A stretch of 64,000 nucleotides of DNA. It comes from Harriotta raleighana. Its lineage: Eukaryota. Location: NCBI GenBank assembly GCA_050575255.1, contig JBNZDD010013611.1:1949479-2013478 (forward strand), given 5' to 3'. The stretch's first letter is position 1, and every line of letters starts with the position of its first letter. The translations under genes and the position numbers were made by a program. Shown here piece by piece: positions 36,331-49,129 of the stretch. Under the pieces are notes generated by a model. The model searched no databases, was not told the DNA's origin, and was given only the letters and a program-made list of their open reading frames with translations.

Positions 36331-39300
36331 TTGATGCTCTGCTGGAGTATTGCATTAATGCAATACAATTGAGCTCAAGAGAAGGCTATATTCCTCAAAC
36401 TAAGGCAGTCTCAATCACTGTTGTTACAAGTGCTGTGAAATGGACCTTGATAAGTAAGTAGGCAACTACCAAAGCACTCAGGGAGAGAGTGCACATTCCA
36501 ACACATGGGAATTTCCGTGGGATGCACGGAATTCTCCGATTGGTTTGCATATGCTTAAACATAGTGATGGGTTTCCGCGTGTGTCGGATATCCGGCTGCC
36601 CAAAACAAACTACAGTACCAAGTGACAACAGAAGTGCTTTTCATGAACCAAAGTAAAGGGAACAGTACATTCTGTGACTATTCCGCATCGCTAGATATCT
36701 GCATTTCAGGGTTAATTGTTACAAATGTTCATTACTGTCAGAGGGAGAAAAAATGCAGTTTAGCCTTGACATTACTGCGCGGGTAATAATAAGTACTTAG
36801 CACAAATATATTTTCTCCTAACTTGATGAAAAATGTAAACAGCTAAGGAGAACAGAGATAAATCAAAGCAGGATCAGTAGCAGATGGGATTGATGGGTTA
36901 ATTAGCTGAAAGTCCTTGTGCTAAAAATTGCTATTAGCATTTGTTATTAAAGTCAAGGTAGCTTCCAAAATAATTTCCTCCAGTATGATTTTACTGACGC
37001 AAGTGACACAACAAAAATAGCCCTGGAATTTATTCGCTTAGTCACCGCAGAACTGTCATTCTTCATCACGCAATGCTTAGTCATTCGTCGTGAAGGTGCT
37101 TTGAGAAATAGGAAGTTAGTGCAGCACTGATTATCTGTCTCTCTGTCTAGTTGTTTTTACACCTTCAACGAAGGTTTCACAATATGACTTTCAAATTATT
37201 TACATATCGGAGAAAAGTGGCTCATCTCAGCAGCTTTTACCAATATAGGAACAGGAAAGGCCATCCAACTATTTAACTCTGTTTCCAAATTTGTTTGATC
37301 TTTTGATCCCATTTCCCGGCCATTTCTCCATGTCCTTCAATACTCTTAGTTCTTATTTTTCTATATTATTGCAAACAAAATTTCCTACCATTAACACCCA
37401 AAGGTGTTTGGGACTGTATTATGGTACATATATTTTGTAGTGACAAACTATTTTTTTCCTTTTTTCCTTCACACAGTGAAGCACTTTAAGACAAGACAGG
37501 TGCAATACCAAATACTGTATGATGATTATTATTTGATGAGGTATTATTGTATAATCATTTTATGATGAGCTATGAGAAATATAAAAACTCTTGCAGCACC
37601 AGAGACAAATTATTATGTCTGGGTATAACTCTGCCAGTGCTCCAGTATCGCTTGTGAGAAATTTGCCTCAATCATTGCGTGGTCATATCTATGACACAAT
37701 TGCGTCAATATTTAGTTTAGATCTTTGAAGTCAGTTGCCAGTCAGGGGTCAGAGATTGTGGCTCCCACCTCCAAAACCAACAGCAGGTTCTGAAGGGCAG
37801 CAGAACATACACAATCATATCAAAATAAATTGGTTTGTTTTTAAAAAGTGCTGTATCAATTGCAAGGATTATCATTATTAAATAGCGTATATGACAAACC
37901 TAGACAGATTATAGCAGATTAAACATGTAAACGTAAAGGTGGAAGTCAGACACCAGGGGGGAGATAGAAAGGGGAGAGTGATAAGCAAAGTGAGCAGAAG
38001 TCTTTTCTTTAACTGTTCACTTTTATATTCTGTGACGAATATTATAGCAATAAAGTAACTTGGAATATTTAAGTTGCCTTTATTTCTGTTTGATAAATTT
38101 CTGACATAGTATTAAAACTAGCTACATGTGACCTTCCTCTTCAAATAATCTTCCCTCCTGAAAATTGGTTTTGGTCAGCCAGCTGCCTAATATATGAGTA
38201 ATAATGTCCAAAAGAAACTGATTCTACATATGTATGCTATCTACACAGGACAATTTTCCATCTTTCTGGAATGGAACATACACGGGAATTGGAATTTAGG
38301 GATTTAAGAATGAGTTTTGGTGTACTGCTGTAGTTTAACAACTGAAAATCCCAGAGTTTGGCATCCATGTCTGGCAAGTTTCCTGTTGTTTGTCCACCTA
38401 AGACTATTGTACCCATTTAGGGCTTTGGTTTGCAGAGGTAGCCTGAGTCAAATAGTTCAAATCATGCCAATGAACACAAGAGGTGAACTATCAAGAACAG
38501 TGTTTTTGAGTACAGTGGACCTGCCTGCCTCAGGAAGTGGACATCAGAGACTGACACACAGGTAGACTCTTCTTATAATCCATTGCCAGATATATCACCT
38601 TCCAGCCTGCTCAGGCCCCAGGAGACTCTGCTTCTCCCTCACCTCCAAACAAGGTGAATGGTCACTTGGGATGGTCATTGGACATCCAACAAGTGCCTCA
38701 CTAGATAGATGGCAGGTATCAGAAACTTAATTTGAAGCTTCTTGGTGAGCAGCACAACACAATACGAAAGGTGTGAGAACATTGCTCTAATCTGCAGCTC
38801 AGACACACTAAGCAACACACCATTCAGAAGAGCAGAGCTTCAGCAGTATCAGCAGCTTCACCCCTTTATACCAATCAAGGTAGATACCAAGCCCTGAACA
38901 TATGAGGGCCTATTTTTGCTTTCATCAGAAACCAGATTCCAGGTAACACCTTCTGTTGCCCAGAGCCTCCTAAATATGGTCACTCAACCCAAGGTTAGGT
39001 TCCACATGTTCTGGCAGTTCCCCAACCATGTACCTTTTTATCCGCATTAACTAACGATACTGTATCTGGTTTAAAAAACCTCAGAAACAATGGAATTTGA
39101 ACTGGAAAAATTTACTCCCATAACAAGAGAAATATCACAATTGAATTTCTTTAAAATTATATTTTCCCCACCAAATTCTGCTGCTTTCAAATGATTTAGT
39201 TGATTGGGAATTGCATTGATTAGAATGGCAGAAGCTCATGTGGTGTATAAAACGTTGGCAGGGGCTGGCTAGGCCTAAGGAACTGTTTCCATGCTGTACA

Positions 39301-41642
39301 ATCCATATCATTCTATGAGGCAGGCACTGGTAAGCTTCTTGAGGTTTGTATACCTGGGACACCCTCTCTGATGAAGGCATGCACAGTGATCAAAACGCTA
39401 AGTGAAATAAATTATGGTCTATCTCTTCAGTGCCTATGGGGCTTCAGCAGCTCATTTATGTGATGGTGCCCAGATCAAATAGTCCGACTTAAAAGTGTTC
39501 ATTTATCACGGATTTTAGACACAGCACTGCCATAATGGGAAAGGATCTAAAGGCAATTGAAAAACAACATTTTGTAAAACTGGCTCAGGTATCAGATTAC
39601 TGAGTTTTCCCCATGTTGCTTTCATCAGACAAGTCAACTCAGAACCTACTTGACCAAAGATTGGACTACGCACTTTCACAGACTTCATTGTTATCAACAA
39701 CATGTATTATTCATTCTCTAGGGCTGTAAATCGTTTTATTTGAAGTGGGTTATCAGTAAAATAACTACAGCAGGTGTGACTTGCTCAATCAGATCCTTGC
39801 AAGGTATTCACGGTGACGTATCAACTCAGCTAAACAAATGTCAGCTGCACAGGAAGGGAATAAAGCACACCACTGTATGCTATCTGTTAGTAGCAATGTT
39901 TCAGTTGCCAACAAAATAGGGCTAAAGATCACTGAACCTATCTAGAAATGACTAGGGACTGGAATTTATGACTCCTGTCATGCTTTAATTGGTGTAATAT
40001 AGTTAAACACAGCTATGCTGTGACAATAAGTCATTGTAAACTGAGATTTCTTGATTTTACAACTACGTATTTCAAAAGGTTCTATTCTAGTGCGGAAAGC
40101 AACAGCTTTAGAAAACGTGAGTTAAATTAGAACAATCCTACAAAGTTTACACACTCAGAACTTTGTTTTGCAGACTCCTAAACTGGGCACTGTCTTCTAT
40201 TCTACAAGAGAAACAAATTATTCTTCAATCTACTGTATGAACAGTAATTACTTGTGAAGCTCTTATGAGACGTTTCAACGTGACACAGCATTATAAAATG
40301 AAAGTTCTTTTGTTCTTCCGAATGTTTAAAAGGATGTTGGATTATTATATTTTTCACAAGCTAACGAACTGGCTACTCTCAAAAGTTCCCAACGAGTGCT
40401 CCCCCCAAATTGTGATAGTTAGAAGAGGTAAGCAAAGATTTCACTGGTCAATCCATAAAGATAATTAAGAAAATGCTCTGTTGGTAGTTCAGAAATGGGG
40501 ACGCCTGAATATCAAGGTTTACTAACCAGATCTACCTTTTTTTTAAATAAACATTAATTTATCCAATCAATTACCTAATTTTCTCCCCACTGGTAAATGC
40601 CTCCCTGCTTCTGGTCTGGGCCCATCCTGCTCGGGTGAGTTCTTAGGCACTGGTTGCTCTATTATCCTCACAAAGTTGCCTCAGCTCATGTGTGAGGCTT
40701 CGTGGAGGATGTCACAGCTATATCCGACCTCTCTCACCTGGCTATCACACACACTTGCAACCAGTTGAGGATCCTGCAGAGCAGAGGTCGCAAGGTGGCG
40801 CTCTCACACACGATCAAAAAGTCAAGAGGAAGCAGTGATCGATAGGACTGCATCATCATTCATTCTCGCTAAAAACAAATCAGGGTGCGCAAAGTATTTC
40901 ATACATCTCAACAGGAAAACTGTAAACTTTAGTGTTTAAGAAGATGGTGGTAAATATCAACCCATCTTCTTGATTTCGTTGAGCTGATTGGAGCCCCTGT
41001 TGTAGAGGATCCAGGAACAGGAATCCAACCTGCGTTTTCCCTGCTTAACCTTGGGAAGCCCAAGCCAATTGAGCCTCTGTAGGTAACTGTGGTAACCCAA
41101 CTAAGACCAGAAAACTCAGCATGAAATGGGATTCAAACCAACAGACTTCTGGTCTGTGATCTGGAGCTCAATGCACTATATCAAGCAGCTGCCCTTTACT
41201 AGATCTGTTTAAGGAACTAAAAAGCTCATGTCTCCATTTAGTTTGCTGAACTTTTTCTAACACAGAACTTAACATTTCAATTGAGGCTGCATTCTGATTA
41301 TTAATGTTTAAAAATGCTGCTTGCCATTAAACCACAAAGGTCAAGTTACCAGCAAAATAACACCAGCAGAATCGCTGCACTGGCAAGATTAGAAACTAAA
41401 GCCCTTTCAACGCAGGCCAGATCTTCACTGGTAATGGGGTTCAAATGTGCCACCAAAACAGAAATAAAGGCAAGGAATGGATTCCGATCCGGTGCATAAG
41501 TTGAATGTCATTCACTTGAACATAAAACAACAACTTACATTTATATAGCTCCCTTCATGCAGGGTAGCATCGTGTGGTAACACTAGCAACGAACAACTAA
41601 CTGAACAATAAATAAAGGCTAATTTGTGAATTACACAAATTA

Positions 41643-42905
41643 CAGTAAAACCTTATTTATCCGTGACTCGAATAATCGGAAAACCCGTTCAACTGTCATC
41701 TCAAAAAAAGTCCCGATTCGATGAACCGGAAGTTATCCGGCAACGCGTTTAATGTCGGGTCTAAACTTGTTCCTGCCCCTTTTAAAAGTCCCTTTTTTTA
41801 ACCTTGTTCGGATGTGCCTGCCATTGGGAAGTTAAGTACTGTATACATAATAAATATTGCTGCAGACAGTGGCCAGAGAGAGNCGCTCGTTTGGATGAGT
41901 GCCCGCCGTTGGGAAGTTAAGTATACGGTATATAATAAATACTGCTGCAGGTAGCAGCCAGAGAGGGAGTGAGGGAGGGGGGCGAATGGAGGAAATGGAG
42001 AGAGAGAAGAAGAGGGTGGAGAGGATGGAGGAAACGGAGAGAAAGAGGGAGGAGGGGGTATGGAGAGACAGAGAAAGAGAGGGGAGGGAATGAGATGGGG
42101 GAAAGGGAGAGAGAGAGATGGGGGAAAGCATAATGGAATGAGTGAGAGAGAGTAATGGCAGGCAGGTTGAGAGAGAGAGGAAAGGGACGGGGAGGGGGAT
42201 GGAGAGACAGAAAAAGAGAGAGGGGGGGAATGAGAGATAGGGGAAAGGGCGAGAGAGAGAGAGAGAGTAATGGCAGGCAGGTTGATGCAGAGAGAGAGAG
42301 AGAGGGAGGGAGAGAGAGGAAAGGGAAGGGGCGGGAAGGGGGTGGGTGAGGATTGTGGACAGAATTTATATGATGGATTCAGACTGAATATCTTTGAGGG
42401 TCTGTGTCTGTCTGNNNNNAGAGAGGGAGAGTAATGGCAGGCAGGTTGACGCAGAGAGAGGGAGGGAGAGAGAGGAAAGGGACGGGGGGGTGGGTGAGGA
42501 TTGTGGACAGAATTTATATGATGGATTCAGACTGAATATCTTTGAGGGTCTGTGTGTGTCTGTGTGTGTCTGTCTGTCTGTCTATGTGTGTGTGTCTGCC
42601 TATGTGTGTGTGTCTGTTTATGTGTGTGTGTGCTGGCCATTAGGTCTAAACTTGTTGCTTTTTAAAGTCGCGTTTTTTACCTCCGTCGAATCAGTGCTGC
42701 GATTGCGAAGTTAAGCATAAATAATAATGTACTAATAGAATATTCTGTTATTATTTAGTCCATTATTAATATGGTATGTGTTAAAATAATTTGTAATTTA
42801 AAAAAAATTATATTTACATTTTTTTTAAAAATCCGTTCAACCGGAAAAAACGTTTAACCGCCACTGGCCAGGTCCCGTGGGTGCCGGATAATTGGAGTTT
42901 TACTG
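41643..42905. mobile_element. Tigger/pogo-like MITE (same family as 11343-11929) carrying GA-rich and (GT)n tracts
   Basis: TA|cagtaaaacc ... gagttttactg|TA; subterminal tggccaggtcccgtg and tcccgattcgat are shared with the 11343 copy. Confidence 0.85.
41960..42630. repeat. GA-rich low-complexity tract and degenerate (GT)n microsatellite
   Basis: Directly visible; includes an N-flanked duplication. Confidence 0.9.
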
Positions 42906-43336
42906 TATTTGAAATGCAACTGCATCAGTACTAATGAACATATTTAATTGCCAGATGTGTTTTTAAACTCCATGTTGATCATAACTTTCTATCTGTTGCT
43001 GAGAATGCTCAACTGCGCACACACTAGACTAAAAAGAGCTGATTTTCACAATCATCTACATTTCTATTGTATTCAAAGTGAAAGTTGCTCAAGCACCCAG
43101 ATGCAGACTGACTACATTTTGCCCATTTTTGGTTTAAAAATATAACCTTTTGTGATATTATGAAAATAAACACTGGCTCTATATCTACAAGTGGGTTTGC
43201 AACTGTCTCATTGCTTTGAATCAAAAGTCAAATTCCTAACATTTTCCTGACGTTAACGGCTCTGTGTTACGCATAAGAGGAGAGAATCAGTAACCACTGA
43301 AGGTGCTGGAAGATCTGAAACGCTTTCAAGATCATC

Positions 43337-44230
43337 ATAGAATCATCATAGATTCCTATAGCACAGAAGGAGCCATTTGTCCCATCTTGTCTGTGCTGGC
43401 TCTGTAAAAGAGCTATCCAATTAGTCTCACTCCCAAGCTCTTTCCCCATAGCATGGCAATTTTTTTTCTTTCATGAAGAATGTGTTCATGAAAAGTTAAC
43501 AATGGTTAACTTCCACATGTATGTGGATGACACCCAACTCTATCTTTCTGCCTCTACCTTCGACTCCAGAACTACGACTGTCCTGACAGATTGCCTGTCA
43601 GACATCAAGTCCTGGATGAGAGCTAACTTTCTACGGTTGAATGTCAACAAGACCGAGGCCCTTCTGAATCAGGCACGGATCAGGCTCTGGCAGTATCAAC
43701 CTTCATGGTTGCACACTCAACCTCACCAAGCCAGTCAACCTAGCTGGAACATGGAACCCATATTCAATCCTCAACTGTCTTTCCTCCCCCACATCCAAGC
43801 AATGACTCGTTCTGTTTTCCCTCACTGCCGCAATGTTGCCCGACTCCGCCACTATCCCAAGGCCGCAGAAACCCTCATTCATACCTTCATTACATCCTGG
43901 CGCGACCACACAAACCCTCTGTTTTTCGGCCTTCCCAATTCCTCCCTCCACAGGTTATAGATAATCCAGAACTCTGCGGCCCGCGTCCTCTACCGTTCCA
44001 AGCTTCGTGATCCCATCTCCCCCATCCTCGCCAGACTCCACTCTCTTTTGAAAATTATTATTGAATCTGTCTTCGCACTTCCAAGCAGTGAATTCTGGAT
44101 TGTAAGAACACACCGAATAACAAAAATTTCCTCATCTCCTCTCTGGTTCTTTTGCCAATTATCTCGTATCTGTGTCCTCTGGTTCCCAAACACCTGCCAA
44201 TGGAAATTAATGCTTCCATTGTTCTACTCT
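43337..44230 (-). mobile_element. CR1 3' region in two pieces (43337-43470 and 44042-44230)
   Basis: Reverse match to the plus-strand CR1 at 46000-46290 and 46870-46980. Confidence 0.7.
43495..44041 (+). mobile_element. L2 LINE RT fragment
   Basis: FHMYVDDTQLYLS...CLSDIKSWM..NFL.LN..KTE, the L2 RT YADD region. Confidence 0.9.
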
Positions 44231-44549
44231 AACTGCCCCACAGTATTTCCTGTTGTGGGGGGTAAGAGAATGTTATGGGGCAGTTAGGAGTAAAACTGCA
44301 ATAGTATAGTTTTCCCAGGTTTAGAATTTATGCAAAATTTTCTACTGGAGATGAATCGGGTGGACAGTCATAACAGGGCAGACTCCACGTGATCCATGAA
44401 ACATGCAGTTTAGAGCTAAGCATAATTTTGCAATGCATACTTTTTGTAGGCTTCTGAGAAACCAATAAATTGCATCATCAGAAAGTCTCCACTCAAATCT
44501 AATATGCTCCATGTGAGGTGATGTGGAATTTTAAAATTATTTTAATTAT

Positions 44550-44950
44550 TCACTGGCTCCCTATCAATGAATTTCAATTTCAAGATCCTCACATTCGTCT
44601 TCAAATCTGATCATGCCCTAACACCTCCCTGCCTCTCTGAGCTGCTTGCTCGCCCATGCACTACCCTCTGCTTGAACTCCACAGGCTCCAGGCTCCTGCA
44701 AGGCCTCGTGCCATCTATTCCACCATGGGTTCCTGCAATTTCAACCACCAACTCCAGAAAACTCTGGAACACTCTTCCTCTATCCATCCACCTTGCCCCT
44801 ATCTTCAGGCTGAACCCAAAATCCTTCCTCTTTGACCGTGTCTATGGTCATCTTCCTTCCCTCTGGCTTGTTGTCGTGCTCCGTCACTGTCGAGGGCTCT
44901 GTGATTCTTTCCTACTTAATGGGCGCAATATAAATGCACGTTGTTGTTAT
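44550..44950 (+). mobile_element. L2 LINE 3' fragment
   Basis: HWLP..FKILTFVFKS.H.L.P..LS.LL, ending gcgcaatataaatgcacgttgttgtt. Confidence 0.8.
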
Positions 44951-45899
44951 TTGGATACAACAACAAAATTGTACTTATAAAACGCCTTTCATGCTGAACA
45001 GTCAGGTTGGGACATGAGCAGGGGGGGAGGGGGGGCAGGGGGTGAAAGGATCTTGAATTCAATCCTCTGGGGGATGGGGAGCCAGTGGAGACGGGCGAGG
45101 GTGGGAGTGATGTGGTCGCGGATAAATCCAAATGTGGATTTATATTCAGCATTTTAATTTTCTCTTCCTCAAGTATTGTGCATTTCCAAGAACCTCCCCC
45201 TCGCCTATGCTGTTTGATGCCATGTTGTACTTTTCAAATGCCCATCTTATGAATGTTGTGCTGTGAAGGTTTTCATTGCAGAACTTGATTCAACGTATTT
45301 GCAGACAATCTGAAAGACAGAACTGCTGAATGGAAATGCTAAAGTATAAAGTGCATTTATATAGTGCCCCTCATGTGGGGCAGCGTCTCGGAGTACTTAA
45401 GTTCAAATTAGAGATAGAAGTAGATGCCCTTGAGTTATTAATATTTTTATCAAAGAGAGGCATCTTGTTAAGGCATGACAATAATTCATTAGGTATGATA
45501 CATCCCAAATCTATTCCAAATAGGACTTGAAATATGTGTGGATAGCTTGAAATTATTTCAGGTATGTTTTTACAGATTCCAGATGATTTCCCTTCAATAA
45601 ACAAGTTCTCAGATATAGGTTTGAGGTACCTTAAAAGGACTGATTCTGCAAAATATGTGACATTTTTAAACATCTTTAAATCATTGTGGAATCTCTAGTT
45701 ATAAAGGAGGTATTCAGTGAGATGCAGCGATTCTCAAAGGTGGCCACCATGGCTGTAAGCGATCACCTGCCTGATTATGTGCAGCCAAAGCAGCCCTCCG
45801 TCCTGGGTTGGGGGATGAGGGAGGATAGAGTGTGTGGAGCATAGTGTATCCTGGATCTTGCAGTTCAAGCACGGGATGGCCAGCTGCTGTGAAGCTGCC

Positions 45900-46980
45900 A
45901 TAGGAATGTTTTTCTTAGAAAAGAGAACTCTAAGGGGAGATTTAACAGAGGCTTTCAAAATTATGAGGGGTTTTGATGGAGTAACTATGGAAAAACTGTT
46001 TCCACTGGTAGGTAAATCAGTAACCAAGGGACACAGATTTAATATCCAGTAAAACCTTGTTCATCCGTGACCCGATCAACCGAAATGTTCAACCCCCTCC
46101 CGGGGGCAATTCCCCATTCCAGAATCGGTAATAGATAATCAAAGGGGAGACAAGGAAATTGTTTTTACACAGCGAGGTATTACGATCTGGATTGCACTGC
46201 CTGAAAGGGTGGAGGAAGTAGATTCAATAATAATTTTCAAAAGGGAATAGGATAAGCACTTGAAAAGGAAAACATTGCATAGATTTCCAACAACAGCAAC
46301 AGCTTTGATTTATATAGCACCCTCCACGCCGGGCGGCGTCTCAGAGCACTTCACAATAGCGGATCCGGGGACCGAGCCAGGGGCAGGGGTAGAAAGGTGA
46401 CCAAAGGTGCGGTTGAAGAGAAAGGTCTTCAGCTGGGACCTGCAACTAGAAAAAGAGGGGGTGAGGCGGAGGGAGTGAGGGAGGGAATTCCAGAGCCTCG
46501 GGGCGTAGTGGCTGAAGGCACGGCTGCTGAGGGTGGAGCGGAGGATTCGGGGGACATGGAGGAGGCCAGAATTGGTGGAGCAAAGGCAACGGGTGCTGGT
46601 TTGAGGAGAGAGGTCAGAGAGGTAGGGGGGTGCAGAGGAGTGGAGGGATTTGAAGAGAGTGAGGATCTTGAAATCATTCCTTTCTGGGATAGGGAGCCAG
46701 TGAATTCTGGCAAGGACTGGGGTAATGGGGGAGCAAAGTTTGGTGCGGGTGAGAACGCGACCGGCAGAGTTCTGGATAAGCTGGACTCTGTGGATTGTGG
46801 AAACCGGAGAGGAGGGCATTGCAATAATCCAGCCGAGAGGTGACAAAGGCGGGGACTATTGCAATGCTCATGAGGAAAGAGTGGGAGTGGGATTAGTTGG
46901 GTATCCCTTTGAAAGAGCCGGTACAGGCACAATGGACCAAATGGCCTCCTTCCATTCTGTAGGATTCTGTGATTCAGACT
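45900..46980 (+). mobile_element. CR1 3' end interrupted by a Tigger-like end fragment (46047-~46125) and a minus-strand L2 (~46288-46870)
   Basis: FLEKRTLRGDLTEAFKIMRGFD...TKGH CR1 motif; CR1 3' UTR resumes at 46870. Confidence 0.82.
46288..46870 (-). mobile_element. L2 LINE 3' fragment
   Basis: AFVTSRLDYCNALL / IQNSAGRVLTRT..SPITPVLARIHWLP...FKIL...AFSHYAPRLWNSLP. Confidence 0.92.
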
Positions 46981-47964
46981 GACCCCATCTCATTTGGTAC
47001 CCATCTCCAGAGCAATAATCAGAGTTGAAGTGTTTACCAGTGAATTTGATGGGTAGAGGGGGTGGAGGGGTGTGTTTAAGAATTGAACAGAAAGCAAGAC
47101 AGCAGGTTTTGGTACCTCTGGTCATTGCTCCCTGGGCAGGATTTGCTTACATGGCTTCACAGCAGCAATTCCATCGCTTGAAAAAAATTGGGGAGGGCAC
47201 AAAAAATAAAGCTCATTCATGGGCTTCCTGGAAAATGTCAGTCTTCAGTCTTGCTTGCTTGCTCTCAGCTGTGTGCATTCTTTCTCTTTCTGCTTTAATG
47301 AGTAGAGGACAAGATACCTTTGTTCCATTGTTTTCTGACCTAGAAATGATTCTAGGAAATGAATCTTTATCTTCCAGGCTTTATCTTCAGAGCTCTGTTA
47401 TATTTTGTTTGAAAATGTTTTCCCTTTTCTACATCCAAGTTTTCAAAATTCTCCAAATTGAATTGACAGTAGTTGTTTTAATGTGTGCAAGTTATTGCTT
47501 TCGCCTGCTAGGCATTTGGTGCTCAATGCAAGAGGCCATTTAGTCCATTGCGGCAATCCCAATCCCATGTTTTTTTTTGTGTACCCTTTTAGATTACATT
47601 TTGCTTCATCTTCTGTGCTATCCTACACACTATTTTAAAATGTTTTGACTCTCCTATGTCCATCCGCACATAAAAGCATCGTATTTCAGTTTTCCTTTTA
47701 AACTTCTGTAAATACTGTATATTCAAACTCTCTACCTTCACTCATGGGTTTTAATGTCCTCAAACTAAATAGCACTGTGCATAGTACTGAGGGCTCTTAA
47801 TCTGCTATTCTTTTACACAGTGAATAGAAGTAGAAGGGAAGCTGGGGAAGTAAATTTCAGAAACTCAGGTGCTCTGGTGGAATGCGCACCAGGCCTGACT
47901 TGTAGACTCACTGAACATTCCTCGATTTTTTTTACACGTAAAATATTACATGTGGCCAACTTAC

Positions 47965-48115
47965 TATCACGATCTTCTAGGATCACAGAGAATAAGAAAT
48001 CTCTTGGTGTCATGTACAATTCCCCCTCATACTCCATTGAGGCGCATTGTTTGAATCGCAGTTTGCGAGTTGAAGGACTTCCTTCTTTCACATCTTCTTT
48101 TGGCTGGTCTTTAAC
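47965..48115 (-). CDS. MICU2: MICU2 internal coding exon (equivalent to human exon 2), 151 bp, phase 0 to phase 1
   Basis: Translates VKDQPKEDVKEGSPSTRKLRFKQCASMEYEGELYMTPRDFLFSVILEDRD, matching the MICU2 segment as recalled for human (RKQRFMQFSSLEHEGEYYMTPRDFLFSV). Acceptor ttttgtcttttaag| (ct at 48116-48117 on +) and donor |gtaagt (acttac at 47959-47964 on +). Confidence 0.93.
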
Positions 48116-48184
48116 CTTAAAAGACAAATAAAAGCTTGATTAAAACAAACTATTAATTTTCAATTATGCTTTGCCAAGTGATTA

Positions 48185-48540
48185 AAAAATAATAATTCTT
48201 GCATTTGATATAGAGCCACATCACCCCATCGAAAGATTGCAAAGCGCTTCAAACTTTTCTGTGAAGTATAGTACAGCATTTGTAAGCATATTTGGCAGCT
48301 AATATGCACATAGCAAAGTCCCACAAACAGCTTTGAATTGAATGACCCATTTAGTGGAAGAGTGTTGGCCAGAGACTGGCAGAAACTATTTTCTCTTTCT
48401 GAATAGTGCCATGGGATCCTGAACAGCCAACTGAACAGACACACGGGACCTCAGTTTAACGTTACATCTGAAGAATGGCACCTGCAACACTACCAATGCA
48501 CTAAAGTTTCATCCTAGACTGCGATCTCAAAGTCCTGACT
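48185..48540 (-). mobile_element. Deu-domain SINE
   Basis: Tail and Deu core (gggacctcagtttaacgttacatctgaag) in reverse orientation. Confidence 0.7.
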
Positions 48541-49129
48541 CTTAAAAAAACTCAATCCACTCTGTATCTATTGCATTCTGAGATACGTTTCACACTCTGA
48601 AGGCTTTTTATGTAAAGATTTGTTTTCTCTGATCTCCCATTTAAGCCGGCTTTGCTTAAAATTGAAAGTTACGTCTTTTATTTGGTCAGCCTCGTGTTTG
48701 ACAAATGCAGAAACACTGATTGTCTAGCTGGGACCTACTATTTGAGCATAGGCTTGCAGGGTTAACTAGATACAAATTGGAAGAATAACTTTGCTTAGTG
48801 ATTGCTCTACTCCTCCATTGCCTCTATCAAGCCAGGCTACCTGGTCTGTTATCAATATTACCATGGCGATTTCCAAACCTGCCCCGCTCAGGAACTGGTC
48901 TGTGAAGACTATCATAGAGGATTGCTTAATACAGGTATTCCATCGTCAGCAATAATAATTTGTTCATTCAATCTATGGTTGTTCGTGGGACTTTGCTGTG
49001 CACAGTTGGCTGCCTTATATACACTACTCAATTTACTTTACAGTATATTCTGTGAAGTTCTTTGAGGCGTCCAGAAGACCTGATAAGGCACTATATCAAA
49101 TACAAGAATTATTATAACATTTAATTCAG

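Larger units (their letters stand above)
611..47964 (-). other. MICU2: MICU2 intron, 47,354 bp, GT-AG
   Basis: Lies between the two exons above; splicing them directly gives a continuous MICU2-like frame. Confidence 0.85.

Noticed and set aside
41832-42714. Arg/Glu-rich, Ser/Leu-rich and Val/Cys-rich ORFs
   Set aside because: Microsatellite (GA, GT) translations.
47025-47543. 172-aa plus-strand ORF with hydrophobic stretches
   Set aside because: Non-ATG start, no recognisable domain, hydrophobicity explained by T-rich composition, antisense to MICU2.
47813-48127. 104-aa ORF as a stand-alone gene
   Set aside because: Only 47965-48115 is MICU2-like and bounded by splice sites; the rest is intron read-through.
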